Positions 1 to 14,200 of a DNA stretch of 64,000 nt are shown piece by piece. Under the pieces are notes generated by a model. The model did not search any database and was not told the DNA's origin. It saw only the letters and a list, made by a program, of their open reading frames with translations. The stretch lies in NCBI RefSeq assembly GCF_009914755.1, contig NC_060941.1. One strand, 5' to 3'. Position 1 is the first letter of the stretch; each line of letters begins with the position of its first letter. The position numbers were made by a program, and so were the translations under genes. The stretch comes from the human T2T-CHM13v2.0 reference genome, Homo sapiens.

Positions 1-1677
1 GAGACGATACATGAGCAGGGGTGAAGGATGCCCCTCTTGGCAGGTCCAGGATTGAATCACATTTCTAGTTTCCAGCACTACAGAAAGGTGTCCTTGCTTC
101 CTGTGTTTTCACGTGTATCTCTATTGGAAGGCAGAGGAAAGTGAATTGTGGCCACTCACTTTTCTGTCCCCCATAAGTCAGGTGCCTTCAATAATTATTT
201 TAAATAGCTCAAATACCCTAAATTTGATGGACCAAAATTTAATCAACCAGTCCTCCACAGCTGGCAATCGACATGGCATACCTTTATTTTGCTTATGGAA
301 TATAAACTATTAAAATGAGTGGCCAGGCATTCAAAGAGAGCAGTCTGGGAACATAGATCAAAGGCCATGGAAACGGGTATTCAGGTTTGGGGCAGAGGAG
401 CCTCACTGCAGGTGCAGCAGAAGGCGTGAGCAGCAGCTCTGCTGGACGGGGAGGGCCAGGCGCTGGGACCTTTGGGAGGTGGCCCCATCCTCTGCCTCCT
501 TCACCTCTTGTCATGAGGCCTCACCTCCCCTGGCTCCTCACCTGTACTGCCGCGGCAGTGACAGCAATGTGCAGCCAGCAACTGCTGGCCTGCTTATCGG
601 TATGGGTCTCCCCATGGCTCTAAGTGTGAGTTATAAAGAACATACACAAACTACAACTGAGAAGCTGGTCGAATGTTCAGTTAAATCCAGTAACAGTGCT
701 CCTTTAATTAAGGAGATATTAAAGAAGAACAAGAAGCAGATGGCATTGATTTCTGGCTTGCATCCACAGAAAGAGAACAGGAAAAATAAGAAATTTTAAT
801 GCCTGCAATTGGAGTTATACTGAGGTTTCCAGCATCCAGACAGGCAAATGCCTGGACAGCTGCTTAGGGCAGATGGGTCCTTTGACAGCTTAATACTGCA
901 GAGTTTCTGGTGACTTCATAGTTAGGGCAGCCAACGTGAGACCATCTGTTTAGTAGTGGGCAGAAAAGCTCAGTACCAGCAGGTAGCTGCTGCTGAGAAT
1001 GAAACGCAAACCAAAAGTCAGCCACACTCAAAACCTCTGTAAACCACTGGCACTACAACCACAGAAAAAGAAACCTCACCTTAGGCTAATGTGATATATA
1101 CAACAAGACCATACAGAAAGATAATATTCCAAGAGGCTATATTTGGGATTGTTTCAATATATTGAAATGCTATGAGAGATTGTTCACTTGGACAGTTCTT
1201 CTGTTCTTTTCTACTTTTCTAAGCAGGAAAGCAAAATAATAATGAATTCAGAGAAAACTAGCTGCCACTTATTATTAAAATGAAAAAATTTTAGATCAGT
1301 AACACATATATTGGTCGCAGAAGGTTTAACCATGAAAAACAAATAAATCTCCCTTCTACCTCTTTCTCCCTGTACTGAGGTGTCTCAGTTCCCTCTCTAG
1401 AGACAAACACTGTTATCTATTTCCTGAATATCTTCCCAGATATAGCCTGTATTATACATAATCATATGTGTGTATACATATCTATCTGTACCTATATCTA
1501 TACATTGTTTAGTAGGAGAAAAAGGCAAGGTACAGATGGTATGTGTAGCACATCACCATTTTTGTAAAAAAAAAGTCATAGGAGATATCTATATATCTAT
1601 CTATATAAATAGAGATATATCTACCTATAATATAGTTATCCAGTGATAGATACGGATATCTTCCGGTTTAACTTCTT

Positions 1678-1967
1678 GCCAGGTGCTTGTAATCCCAGCA
1701 CTTTGGGAGGCTGAGGCGGGTGGATCACCTGAGGTCAGGAGTTTAAGACCAGCCTGGCCAAAATGGTGAAACCCCATCTCTACTAAAACTATAAAAATTA
1801 GCCATGTTGGCAGGTGCCTGTAATCCCAGCTACTCGGGAGGCTGAGGCAGGAGAATTGCTTGAACCTGGGAAGGTGGAGGTTGCAGTGAGCCAAGATTGT
1901 GCCACTGCACTCCAGCCTGGGTGACAGAGCAAAACCCTGTCTCAAAAAAAAAAAAAAAAAAAAAAAA
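1678..1967 (+). mobile_element. AluS
   Basis: Dimeric Alu with A24 tail and a short 5' deletion. Confidence 0.9.
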
Positions 1968-2166
1968 GAAATCTCGTTTCAACTTCTTTACACAAATGGT
2001 GGTACGGTACACACACCATTCTGTACCTTGCCCTTTTCTCCTCTTATTTGGAAATGGTTTTATATCAATATAGATAGAATTCTCTTGTTCTTGTATTGGT
2101 AGCATTTACAATGAACAAAAGCATATTAATGACTCGGAGAGGTACTGCAGTAAAGAAACCTGTTAG

Positions 2167-2461
2167 GGCCAGGCACAGTGGCTCACGCTTGTAATCCCAG
2201 CACTTTGCGGGGCCAGGGCGGGTGGACTGCTTGAGGCCAGGAGTTCAAAACCAGCCTGGCCAACATGGCCAAATCCCATCTCTACTAAAAACACAAAAAT
2301 TAGCTGGGCATGGTGACACACGCCTGCAATTCCAGCTACTCAGGAGCCTGAGGCACGAGAATTGCTTGAATACATGAAGCGGAGGTTGCAGTGAGCCAAG
2401 ATTGCACCACTGCACTCCAGCCTGGGTGACACAGCAAGACTCTGTTTCAAAAAAGAAAAAA
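2167..2461 (+). mobile_element. AluS inserted in an hAT-Charlie-like fragment
   Basis: Alu consensus; TSD aaagaaacctgtt at 2152-2164 and 2462-2474. Confidence 0.9.
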
Positions 2462-3629
2462 AAAGAAACCTGTTTGACTTCATTAGCATATCCCAAATGT
2501 ATTTGACTTTGGGTTTTCCCACCCCATGGTGGAATTTTTGATTTGTGGAATACAGCCTGGACTTGCTGGTATCAGGTGTTTCTGGATGGTGTCTGTTCTG
2601 ACTGGTCTGTGCTTGAGCCATACTGGTTGTTATATATTCTTAATGTCATCTTTTGGAATATACAGGCATAACCTGGAGATATTTTGGGTTTGGGTGCAGA
2701 CCACTGCAATAAAGTGAATATCACAATAAAGCAAGTCACACAATTTTTTTTTGGTTTTCCAGTGTATATAAAAGTTATGTTTACATTATACTGTAGTCTA
2801 TTAAGTTTACAATAGCATCATGTCTAAATACTGTACATACTTTAATTAAAAACAATAAGGAAAGTGTGATTTAAAAAGAACATAAGCAAACTATAACAGA
2901 GAAGCCGGTTGAATGTTCAGTTAAATCCAATGAGAGTGCTCCTTTAATTAAGCGGATATTAAAGAAGAACAAAAAATGCTAAAAATACTAATGATCATCT
3001 GAGTCTCCAGTGAGTTGTAATCTTTTTGCTGTTGGAGGGTCTTGTCTTGATGTTGACGGCTGCTTACTGATCAGGGTGGTGGTTGCTGATGGCGGGGGTG
3101 GCTGTGGCAATTTCTTTAAATAAGATAACCATGAAGTTTGCCACATTCATTGACTCTTGCTTTCATGAAAGATTTCTCTATAGCATGCGGTGCTGTTTGA
3201 GAGCATTTTACCCATAATAGGATGTCTTTCAAAATTGGAGTCAATCCTCTCAAACTCTGTCACTGCTTTATCAACTAAGTTTATATAATATTTTAGATGC
3301 TTTGTCATCATTTCAACAACGTTAACAGCATCTTCATCAGGTGTAGATTCCATCTTAAGAAACCACTTTCTCTGCTCTTCCATAAGAAGCTACTCCTCAT
3401 CTATTCAAGTTTTATCATGAGATTGCAGCAATTCAGTCACATCTTCAGGCTCCACTTCCAATTCAAGTTCTCTTGCTATTTCTACCACATCTGCAATAAC
3501 TTCCTCCAATGAAGTCCTGAACCCCTCAAAGCCATCCATGAGAGTTGGAATCAATGTTTTCCAAACTTCTGTTAGTGTTAATATTTTGACCTCCTCCCAC
3601 GAATCACAAATGCTCTTAGTGGCATCTAG

Positions 3630-4028
<399 letters not shown>

Positions 4029-5015
4029 TGAAATGTGTTTCTTAAATAATCAGGCTTGAAAGTTGAAATTACTCCTTTATCCACGGGCTGCACAATAGAT
4101 GCTGTGTTTGTAGGCATGGGAACAACATTAATCAAGCCTTGTACATTTCCGTCAGTGCTCTTGGATAACTAGATGTACTGTCAATGCATAGTAATGTTTT
4201 GAAAGGAATCTTTTTTTTCTGAGCAGCAGGTCTCAACAGTGGGCTTAAAATATTCAGCAAACTATGCTATAAACAGATGTGCTGTAATCCAGGCCTTGTG
4301 TTTCATTTATAGAGCACAGGCAGAGTAGATTTTGTGTAATTTTAAGGGCCCTGGGATTTTTGGAACAGTCAGTGAGCACTGGCTTCAACTTAAAGACACT
4401 AGCTGCATTAGCTCCTAACAAAAGAGTCAGCCTGTCCTCTGAAGCTAGGCATTGACCTTCTCCTCTCTAGCTACGGAAGTCCTAGATGGCATCTTCTTCC
4501 AGTGTAAGGCTATTTTGTCTGCATTGAAAAATCTGTTGTTTCGTGTAGCCACCTTAATCAATTATCTTAGCTAGATCTTCTGAATAACTTGCCACAGCTT
4601 CTCCATCATCACTTGCTGCTTCACCTTGCACTTTTATGTTATGGAGATGTCTTCTTTTCTTAATTCTCATGAACCAACCTCTGTTAGCTTCCACTTTTCG
4701 TCTGCAGCTTCCTCACCTCTCTCAGCCTTCAAAGAATTTAAGAGAGTTTAGGGCCTTGCTCTGCATTAGGCTTTGGTTTAAGGGAATGTTGTGGCTGGTT
4801 TGATCTTTTATCCAGACCACTCAAACTTTCTCCGTATCAGCAATAAGACTGTTTCACTTTCTTATTATTCATGTATTCACTGCAGTAGCACTTTTAATTT
4901 CCTTCAAGAACTTTTCCTTTGCATTCACAACTGGGCTGTTTAATTTAAGAGGCCCAGCTTTTGGCCTATCTCAGCTTTCAACCTGCGTTCCTCACTAAGC
5001 TTAATCATTTCTAGC

Positions 5016-5309
5016 TTTTCCTTTTCCCTTTTTTTTTTTTTTTTGAGACAAGGTCTTGTTCTGTCACCCAGGTTGGAGTGCAGTGGCACGATCATCGCTC
5101 ACTGCAGCCTTGAATTCAGCCTCTTAAGTAGCTGGGACTACAGACTACAGGTGTGCACCACCACGCTTGACTAACTTTTAAATTTTTTTGTAGAGATGGA
5201 GTCTCACTATGTTGCGCAGACCTTGGTCTGGAACTCCTGGCCTCAAGCAATCCTCCCGCTTTAACTTCCCAAAGTGCTGGGGTCGCAGGAATGAGCCATG
5301 ATACCTGGC
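5016..5309 (-). mobile_element. AluJ inside Tigger1
   Basis: Antisense Alu with J-type features; TSD tcatttctag. Confidence 0.85.
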
Positions 5310-6184
5310 TCATTTCTAGTTTTTAAAATAAACTGAGAGATGTGTAACTCTCCCATTCACTTGAACATTTAAAAGCCACTGTAGGGTTATTAACTGACCT
5401 AATTTCAATCTTGTTGTATCTCAGGGAATAGGGGAGCCTGAGGAGAGGAAGAGAGATGAGGGAATAGATGGTCAGTGGAGCAGTCAGAACGCACACGACA
5501 TTGATCAGTTAAGTCTGTTGTCCTACATGGGTACAGTTTGTGGTGCCCTGAAATGATTACAGTAATAACAAAGATCACTGATCAAAGCCCACCATAGCAG
5601 TTAATAACAATATAAAGTTTTGAAATATTATGAGAATTATCAAAATTGCTGTGGCAATTTGTTAGCTCCTAACAAAAGAGTCAGCCTGTCCTTTGAAGCT
5701 AGGCATTGACCTTCTCCTCTCTAGCTATGAAAGTTCTAGATGGCATCTTCTTCCAGTGTCCAGAGACACAAAGTGAGCATATGCTGTAGGAAAAATGGTG
5801 CTAATAGACTTGATCAATGCAGGGTTGCCATAAACCTTCAATTTATAAAAACCACAATATCTGTGAAGTGTAATAATGTCAAGAACAGTAAGACGAGGTA
5901 TACCTGTACTTTATTAAAGATTGTCTTCAAATGTTTTAGCAAACATGAAATATGTGGGTGTGTACTTGGAGAGGCAGAAATAATGGGTCTGGATTGAATA
6001 AAGACTGCAGGAGGTGAAAGAGAGACTAATTTATACTTAGTTGGTTTTTGTTTCAAGATTCATGTGAAAGGAAATGCCAGGAAAGTTCTGGCTTCAACTC
6101 ATGGTGATGAGGAAAAATTTATTCGAGGACATGCTTTGTCTTGTTTTGTTTTCTTTTTAAATCATGGAATATCTCAAACATCAG

Positions 6185-6760
6185 TGTATTTTTCATCTAG
6201 AAGTTCGATTTGGGTCTTTTTCTTACATCTTCCTTATCTCTAGTTAACTTATAAACATCTGAAATCTAGTTATAATGACTTACAATGTCTGTATCTGCTA
6301 ATTCTAGTATCTTTGTCTGTTCTGGGTTGGTTTCAAAGGGATGATTCTCCCCCTCATAATGGACTGTATTTTCCTATTTGCATGCCCGTAATCTTTGACT
6401 GGATGTCAGACATTGTGAATTTTACCTGTTGGGTATGGATATTTTTGTGTTTTTAGAAATATACATGAGCTTTGTTTCAGGACATAGCTAAGTTACTTGG
6501 AAGCAGTTTGATCCTTTTGGGTCTTGCTTTTAAGATTTATTAGGTGGTACCAGAGCAGCATTTATTCTAGGGCCAATTATTCCCCCCTACTGAGGCAAAA
6601 CCCTTCTGAATACTGTACCCAATTACCCTGTGAATGACGAAGTTCTTTAGTCTGCCTTGTTAGATCAGAAACTACTCCTGGCTCTTTGTGAGGCTGGGCA
6701 CTGTTCCCTCTGGTCCTCTTAGCTGGTTCTTGCCTCAGCCTTGGGAAGTTTTGAGCCCTT
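6185..6760 (-). mobile_element. Old L1M 5'/ORF1-region fragment
   Basis: Similar to the L1M fragment at about 54850-55400 (gacattgtgaattttacc, ccccctactgaggcaa). Confidence 0.6.
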
Positions 6761-7598
6761 TCCTCCCAACTGCTGACAAGAACACATCTCAGAATGTACT
6801 TTAGGGAAATTATCTGGAAGATAAAGAATTGGTCTGAAGTTAATTCCCTCCCGAACCTTTGGATTTCCATAATTAACTCAGGGACAAATAAGATTATGTG
6901 CCACAACATCATGCTTATAAAATACAATGTGAATTTCAATGTCATGGCAATGATACGATAGTTGACAATAAAGGAAAATAGCTAGAAAAAATCAAATTAA
7001 CCTTTTCCCAAAAAGTAAATAGTAAGTTGATGACTAAAACTCTAAGTCAAAATTTCAAGCCTGACTTTTCTGGGGTCTGGGAGGAAAGATTTTATCTCTC
7101 ATTTCCACTTCACTCTTAATTCATAAGATAGAAACACCAAGAATTAAAAAAAAAAAAAATCCACCAAAAAATTCCTAGCATCTTGATAGTCTTCTCTTCA
7201 CATTTATAAATTTTAAAGAAATTAAAAATCCTTACATACATTAAAGATAGAGGACATACGCCTAGAAATGTACCTCAGCATGCATATGCTAGCTAGGAAA
7301 AGAAAGCAACTGATGAAATCTACATCCAGGTTCACGTATTTCTGTCACTTGTAGAAGGCACTTAATAGATCAGAATTTGCTAAATAAGCACCCAGATAGA
7401 GATAAAATACTTCAATCTCCCAGGCAAAAACTCTTGCATTCATTAGTACTGGTATCCAAATTAAGAGTAACAAATTAAAATTCCTTTAATTTTCTATACT
7501 TTGCTATAAATATTAGCAGGAAAATAAGCTTGCTTATTTGAGTTATAGACATTTATTGCAGAGATGCCTTCTTTATGTCTTTTCCTTACATTCTAAAC

Positions 7599-7900
7599 TT
7601 TTTTTTTTTTTTTTTTTTTGAGACAGAGTCTCCTTCTGTTGCCCAGGTTGGAGTGAAGTGGCGGGATCTTGGCTCACAGCAAGCTCCGCCTCCCAGGTTC
7701 ACGCCATTCTCCTGCCTCAGCCTCCTGAGTAGCTGGGACTACAGGTGCCCGCCACCAAGCCCAGCTAATTTTTTGTATTTTTAGTAGAGACGGGGTTTCA
7801 CTGTGTTACCCAGGATGGTCTCGATCTGCTGACCTCGTGATCCGCCCGCCTCAGCCTCCCAAAGTGCTGGGATTACAGGCGTGAGCCACTGCGCCTGGCC
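7599..7900 (-). mobile_element. AluY
   Basis: Y-diagnostic gcaagctccgcc...cacgccattc; TSD acattctaaact. Confidence 0.9.
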
Positions 7901-9161
7901 ACATTCTAAACTTTTTAAAATTTTTCTTAGCTTTACATTTATTTGGCAGATGGAAAGGAATTTTCAAAAGTCTATGCATTTATTATTATTTTTGGTAATT
8001 ACTTTCTTATTTTTTCCCCACAAATGACCATTAAGTATTATTTTACTTACAGCATGTAAAAGCATTTAATGATAGAAAATATTTAAAGATCTACTTTGAT
8101 CTAGAATGTAAGGTGTAATAACATAAAATAAATGGTCTGTGCAGCCCACCTCTAAAATTATGCTCTATACATTTATCAGCCAAAATGAATACAATAGAAT
8201 TAGATATGTGGACATCTGATTCCAAATATGTGTTTGTTGAGAGAAAGAGAAGCCACGTCTAAACTGAAAAAAAAAAAATACTAATAAGGAATACTTGATT
8301 AATTTTAGGAACTCAGGAAATGTCTTTTAGGAAGAAAAAGTAACTACACTTGTATCATTTCTTAGTCACTGATTTTGATGAGTGGTCTTCTCCCAGCATC
8401 AGGTGGGGTTGGGGAGGTGAAGGCAGCATGCCACAAAGAGAGCACTTGACTTTGGAGAGATACACCCACCCAAATACTCCATGACCCCTTATGGGAAGAG
8501 AAATCCAATCTCTGAAACAACTCCAATAAATAACCAGACAAAATCACTCCCCTGCTTAAAATTATCCATTCACTGGTCCCCATCACTCTCAGGACCTGCT
8601 CTCTGCTTATATTTATTATATCATTGTTCACCCCCCTGCCCCAGGTATCATCAGGGCTTACTATGAAGTTCTCAGATTATGCCATGTTCCATCATGACTC
8701 CATGTTTCTGCAGTGGTCACTGCCTCTCTCAGGAATTCTTGTAGTCTTCATGGACTTGCAAACCATCCCAAATCTGCCTTCTAATTTGCTTATGGTCATA
8801 GTGGACACACAAACTGATTATACTTGGGGTAAATGAGAAGCTATGACGAGAAGAATATAAAGTAATTTGTCTATCTTTTGGATTTAATTGCATTTGGATC
8901 GACAGTGGAATAAAAATCACCATTTAGGGAAATCTCTCATTGTTGGTTCAGCTGGAGGCTGGAAAAGTAGAGGATCATTCCTAACCTTGAAAGTAAGCTG
9001 GGATGCTAATTTTACCTTCTGCGAAACAGATGATTTAAGTTGTCCTTATGGAGAAAAATAGCTCAATACATTAAAATTGGCACAAAACAAGCTCAGTGAT
9101 AATTACGATTAAAGATTTCATAGATTTAAAACGTGTCTTAGTTACAAAAATCAAACTTTAC

Positions 9162-9316
9162 CTCTTGAAATGATTCACCAGCACTCCAACAAGTTCTCCA
9201 ATTCGACTCTCATGGGTTGGCTGTTTGCTGAAGAGGCAGACAATGAGGTCTTTGTTGTCTTTCGTATGGAACACTACAAGTTGGTCCTTTCCATTGGAGA
9301 CACTCAGACCAGTCAA
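9162..9316 (-). CDS. MYO1D: MYO1D coding exon (probably exon 21, penultimate), 155 nt, TH1 domain
   Basis: [51 protein letters not shown]+AG; acceptor ctctttgcag|TTG, donor AG|gtaaag. Confidence 0.97.
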
Positions 9317-9385
9317 CTGCAAAGAGAAAATGCATGGAAAACTATTTGGATCATTCTCAAAAGAATGAATTAAAAAATACATTTT

Positions 9386-9518
9386 GGAGCTGGGCATGGT
9401 GGCATGTGCCTGTAGTCCCAGCTACTTGGGAGGCTGATACAGGATGATCATTTGAGCCCTGGAGTTTGAATCCAGCCTGGACAACATAACGAGACACCAT
9501 CCCTAAAAACAACAAAAC
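9386..9518 (+). mobile_element. Alu monomer (FLAM-like), about 70 nt from the exon 21 acceptor
   Basis: Single Alu arm with A-rich tail; atacatttt repeated on both sides. Confidence 0.8.
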
Positions 9519-9875
9519 ACGTCATACATTTTCTAAGGGTTTTGCTCAGTGACCCCCCCTGACTTTAATCTTCTATCAGTTTCACGGAACAAGCAGATGG
9601 AAGGAAATAATAAAGAGCAGAAATGAACAAAATTTGAAATAGAAAAACAATACAGAAAAATTAATGAAACAGGGATGGTTCTTTCAGAAGATCAATAAAA
9701 TTGATAAACCTCTAGCCCAAAACAAAAAAAGAAGGAAGAACTTATTGCCAATATCAGGAATGGAAGAGGGGCCATCTCTATAGACCACACAGACATTAAA
9801 AGGATAATATTAAAATATTTGGACCAATTCTATACAAAAACTTATTCAACAACTTAGTTAAAACCAAATAATTCT

Positions 9876-10209
<334 letters not shown>

Positions 10210-10954
10210 TCACAAAATACTAAAACTCTCCAAGAAGAAATAACTTGAATAATTCTGTATCTGTTGAAGAAATTAGATTTATATTTAAAAACATTTTGAA
10301 AAAGAAAATTCTAGTCCCAGATGATTTCAATAGTGAATTCCACCAAACATTTAAAGAAGAAATAACACCAATTCACCATATTTCTTCTAGAAAATAGGAG
10401 AGAAGGGAACACTTCCTAACTCACTTTGAAGCTGGCATTATTCTGATATCAAAAATAAACACAACAGTACAAGAAAACTACAAACTGATATCCTTCATCA
10501 ACACGGATGTAAAAATGGATGTCAAGAAAATATTAGCAAATTAAATCCAACAATACATAAAAATGATAATACAACATGACCAAGTGGAGTTTATCTAAGA
10601 AATGCAAGGCTAGTTAGGTATTCAAAAATTAATCAAGGTAATGACAGAATAAAATGACAGGATAACAAAGAAAATCCACAGATTGTATCAAGTGACACAG
10701 AAAAAGTACTTGACAAAATTCAACATCTATCCATGATAAAAATTTCTCAGCAAACCAGGATTATAAGGGAACTTAACCTGATAAAATGACATATACAACA
10801 TGCCACAGCTAACATCATACTTGGTGAAGAAGGACTGAATGTTTTCCCTTAAGATCGGGAGCAATGCAAGGATTTCCACTGTCACTGCAGCTATGCAACA
10901 TTATACTGGAAGCCCTAGCCAGTGCAGTAAGGCAGGTTAAATAAATTAAAAAGC

Positions 10955-11250
<296 letters not shown>

Positions 11251-14200
11251 TTAAAAAGCATACAGATTGAAAAGGAAGAAACACATGTCTCTGTTTTCAG
11301 ATTACATGATTGCCTACATAGAAAATGCCAAGGATCCACAAAATAGCTCCCAGAACTAATAAGCGCATCTAGTAAGGTCAAAGGATACAAGGCTGACATA
11401 CAAAAATATTTCTATATTAGCAATGAAAAATTTGAAACAAAAATTGAAAAACAAAACCATCTATAACAACTCCAAAAACAAAAATACTTAGATATAAATC
11501 TAACAAAACATCTATCTGTAGGACCTACATGTTGAAAACTACAAAATGTTGAACAAGTTAAATTAAAAGGCTGATGAAAGGAATAAAAGAAAACCTAAAT
11601 AAATGAAGGAAAATAATATCCTCATGGACTAGAAAACCCAAATTCTTAAGATACCAATTTTTCCCATATTAATCTATAGATTTAATGAAATCCCAACCAA
11701 AATCCCAGCAAGAGTTTTTGTAGGTATCAACAAGCAGATTCTGAAATATGTATGGAAAAGCAGAAGAACTAGAATAGCCATAACAGTTTTGTAAATGAAG
11801 AATAAAGTTGGAGGGCTCATAGAGGCTGATTTTAATGCTTAGTATAAAGCTAGGTTAATCAAGACAATAATTTAGAAAGGAAAAAAAAAACATAGATCAG
11901 AAACAGACTCACGTGAATATGGCCAATAATTTTTTCACCAGGGTGCAAAGACAGCTCAATGAAGAAAGGATAATGTGGGCATCTGGATAACTTGGAACAT
12001 TTGGACACCCCCATGCAAACGGAAATAAAAGTCTACCTAAATCTCACATCTCGTAAACAATTCAGAGTGCACTATAAGATCGAAATGCAAAATGTAAAAC
12101 TAGAAAACTTTTAGGAGAAAACATAGAAGAAAATCTTTGTGACCTTGGGCTGGCAAATATTTCTTAGAAATGATACCAAAAGCACAATCCATAAAGCAAA
12201 AAAATTGATAAATTGAACTTGATCAAATTTAAAACTTTTGCTCTAAGGAAGACACTGGTGGGAGAGTGAAAAGACTAGCCACAGACTGGTAGAAAATATT
12301 TGCAAAAATGTATCTGATAAAGGACTTGTATTTAGAATCTATAAAGAGCTCTTAAAACTTGATAGTAAACAACTCAATTAAAAATGATGGATAAAAGATT
12401 TGAAATCACTTCACCAAAGAAGGCATAGGGGTGAATAAGCACATGAAAGGGTGCTCAACATCAGCAGCCATTAGGGAAATGCAAACTAAAACTGCAATGG
12501 GAACCACTGCAAACCCATCAGAATGGCTAAAATAACAAAACAGCCTACAACAACAAAAGAGTGATAATACTAAATGCTGGTGAGGACACAGAACAAGTGG
12601 GACTCACATGCATCATTGGTGAAAATACAAAATGTAAAATGTTACAGCCACTGTGGAAACAGTGGTTGTTAACTCAAAAAATTAAATGGAAAATTACCAC
12701 ATGAGCCAGCAATCTCACTCCTAGGCACATATCCTAGAGAAATAAAAACTTAGCTTCACATGAAAATTTATACATGAATGTTTACAGCAGCTCTACTAAT
12801 AATTGACAAAAGCTGGAAACGACCCAAATATCCAGCAGCATGTGCACGGATAAACAAACTGTGGTACATTTAAATAATGGAACGCTACTCAGCAATGAAC
12901 AAACTAATGATACAGATTACTGACATGCAACAACATAGATAAATCTCACAGGCATTATGGTTGAATGAAAGCAGCCAGTCTCAAAAGGTTACAGCCTGTG
13001 TGACGCCATTTATATGATATTCTCTAGAAGATAAAAGGATAAGGATGGACAACAGATCAGTAGCTGCCAGGGTTTGGGGTTATGAGGAGTCCGATACAAG
13101 GGAGTTTTTGGGGTATGGAACTACTCTGTATCCTGACTGTGGCAGTGGTTACACAAATTTACGCCCATACTAAGACTCAAGAGACCTGTACACCACCACC
13201 CATGCACGTAAATTATATTCATTGCCTATAAATTTAAAAAATTGCACACCCTGGCTCTTTTGATCTCTAGATATTCTACTTTGGTCAATAAAGCAGAAGT
13301 CAGAGTGATTTCCTCATTCTGTGGTCTGTTCTTCTATTGCATAAAATACCGAAGTGCCACCTCCTGGCTACCACAGGTGCTATCAGCCAGGCGGGCAGGC
13401 AGCATGAACAAGGCAACCACTGGGGGATGGCGCAGTGCCACACGGCCTGTGGTAGGGACAGACGTGCAGAAGATGCTGAGAATGTGATCCCTGTTCTTGG
13501 GGGATTCACAATCCAGTTGGATCAGAGGAAGAGGTAAGTATTAAATAACTGAAGAAAAACACCTTAACAATTTACAGATTTGCAGTGTCACTTAGTTCCA
13601 TGCCTATGTTTTACAGATAGAAATTGAGACTGAAGGAGTTCAGCCCGTCTGCAGGCCCGGGAACTAGAACTCAGACCTGCAGACTGATGGGGACTCATGT
13701 TCTTTCCATCACACCAGGTTTTTCAAGTATCATGTATAAATGAACATAGAATATTTATATATTCTATAAATAAGTATTCCCATGAATACATTTTCATAGG
13801 AGGTGAGTTCTTGGGTTGATTTTAAAGAATGCCAGGGTCAGGGCTTAATGGAGAGAAGGGAAAATATTAAAGAAATTGGAAATCATTCACCAACCAGTGT
13901 GGATCGTGGGCTTTCTGAGGCCATTGGTAAGAGAATATAGCAAACTCTCTGCCACTTACATGTACTGGATCCAGATGATTTTTATATGATTAAATTAAAA
14001 ATATCATTTTCATTTTAAAAAAACATTTTATGTCTATCACGCTTCACTCTCATTTCATTATTTTATATGTGAAATTCAAAATTGAATTGATGTAGCACTT
14101 CACAGGAGAGCTTGATTAAAGCCTAAAGAAATGAGAATGGTAACAGCAGTAACTCTGCCAGCATATCCCAGGAGCATTAGCTGCAGGGGTTCAGGGAAAA

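Noticed and set aside
479-799. 106-aa plus-strand ORF overlapping the donor of the 111-bp duplication
   Set aside because: Non-ATG start, no recognisable homology, and differences from the duplicate are mostly amino-acid changing.
3147-3383. Domesticated TIGD-like transposase gene
   Set aside because: Only a short open fragment; the element is interrupted by stops, Alus and insertions.
6185-6760. Apparent long-range duplication with about 54850-55400
   Set aside because: Patchy low identity, consistent with two independent old L1M fragments.
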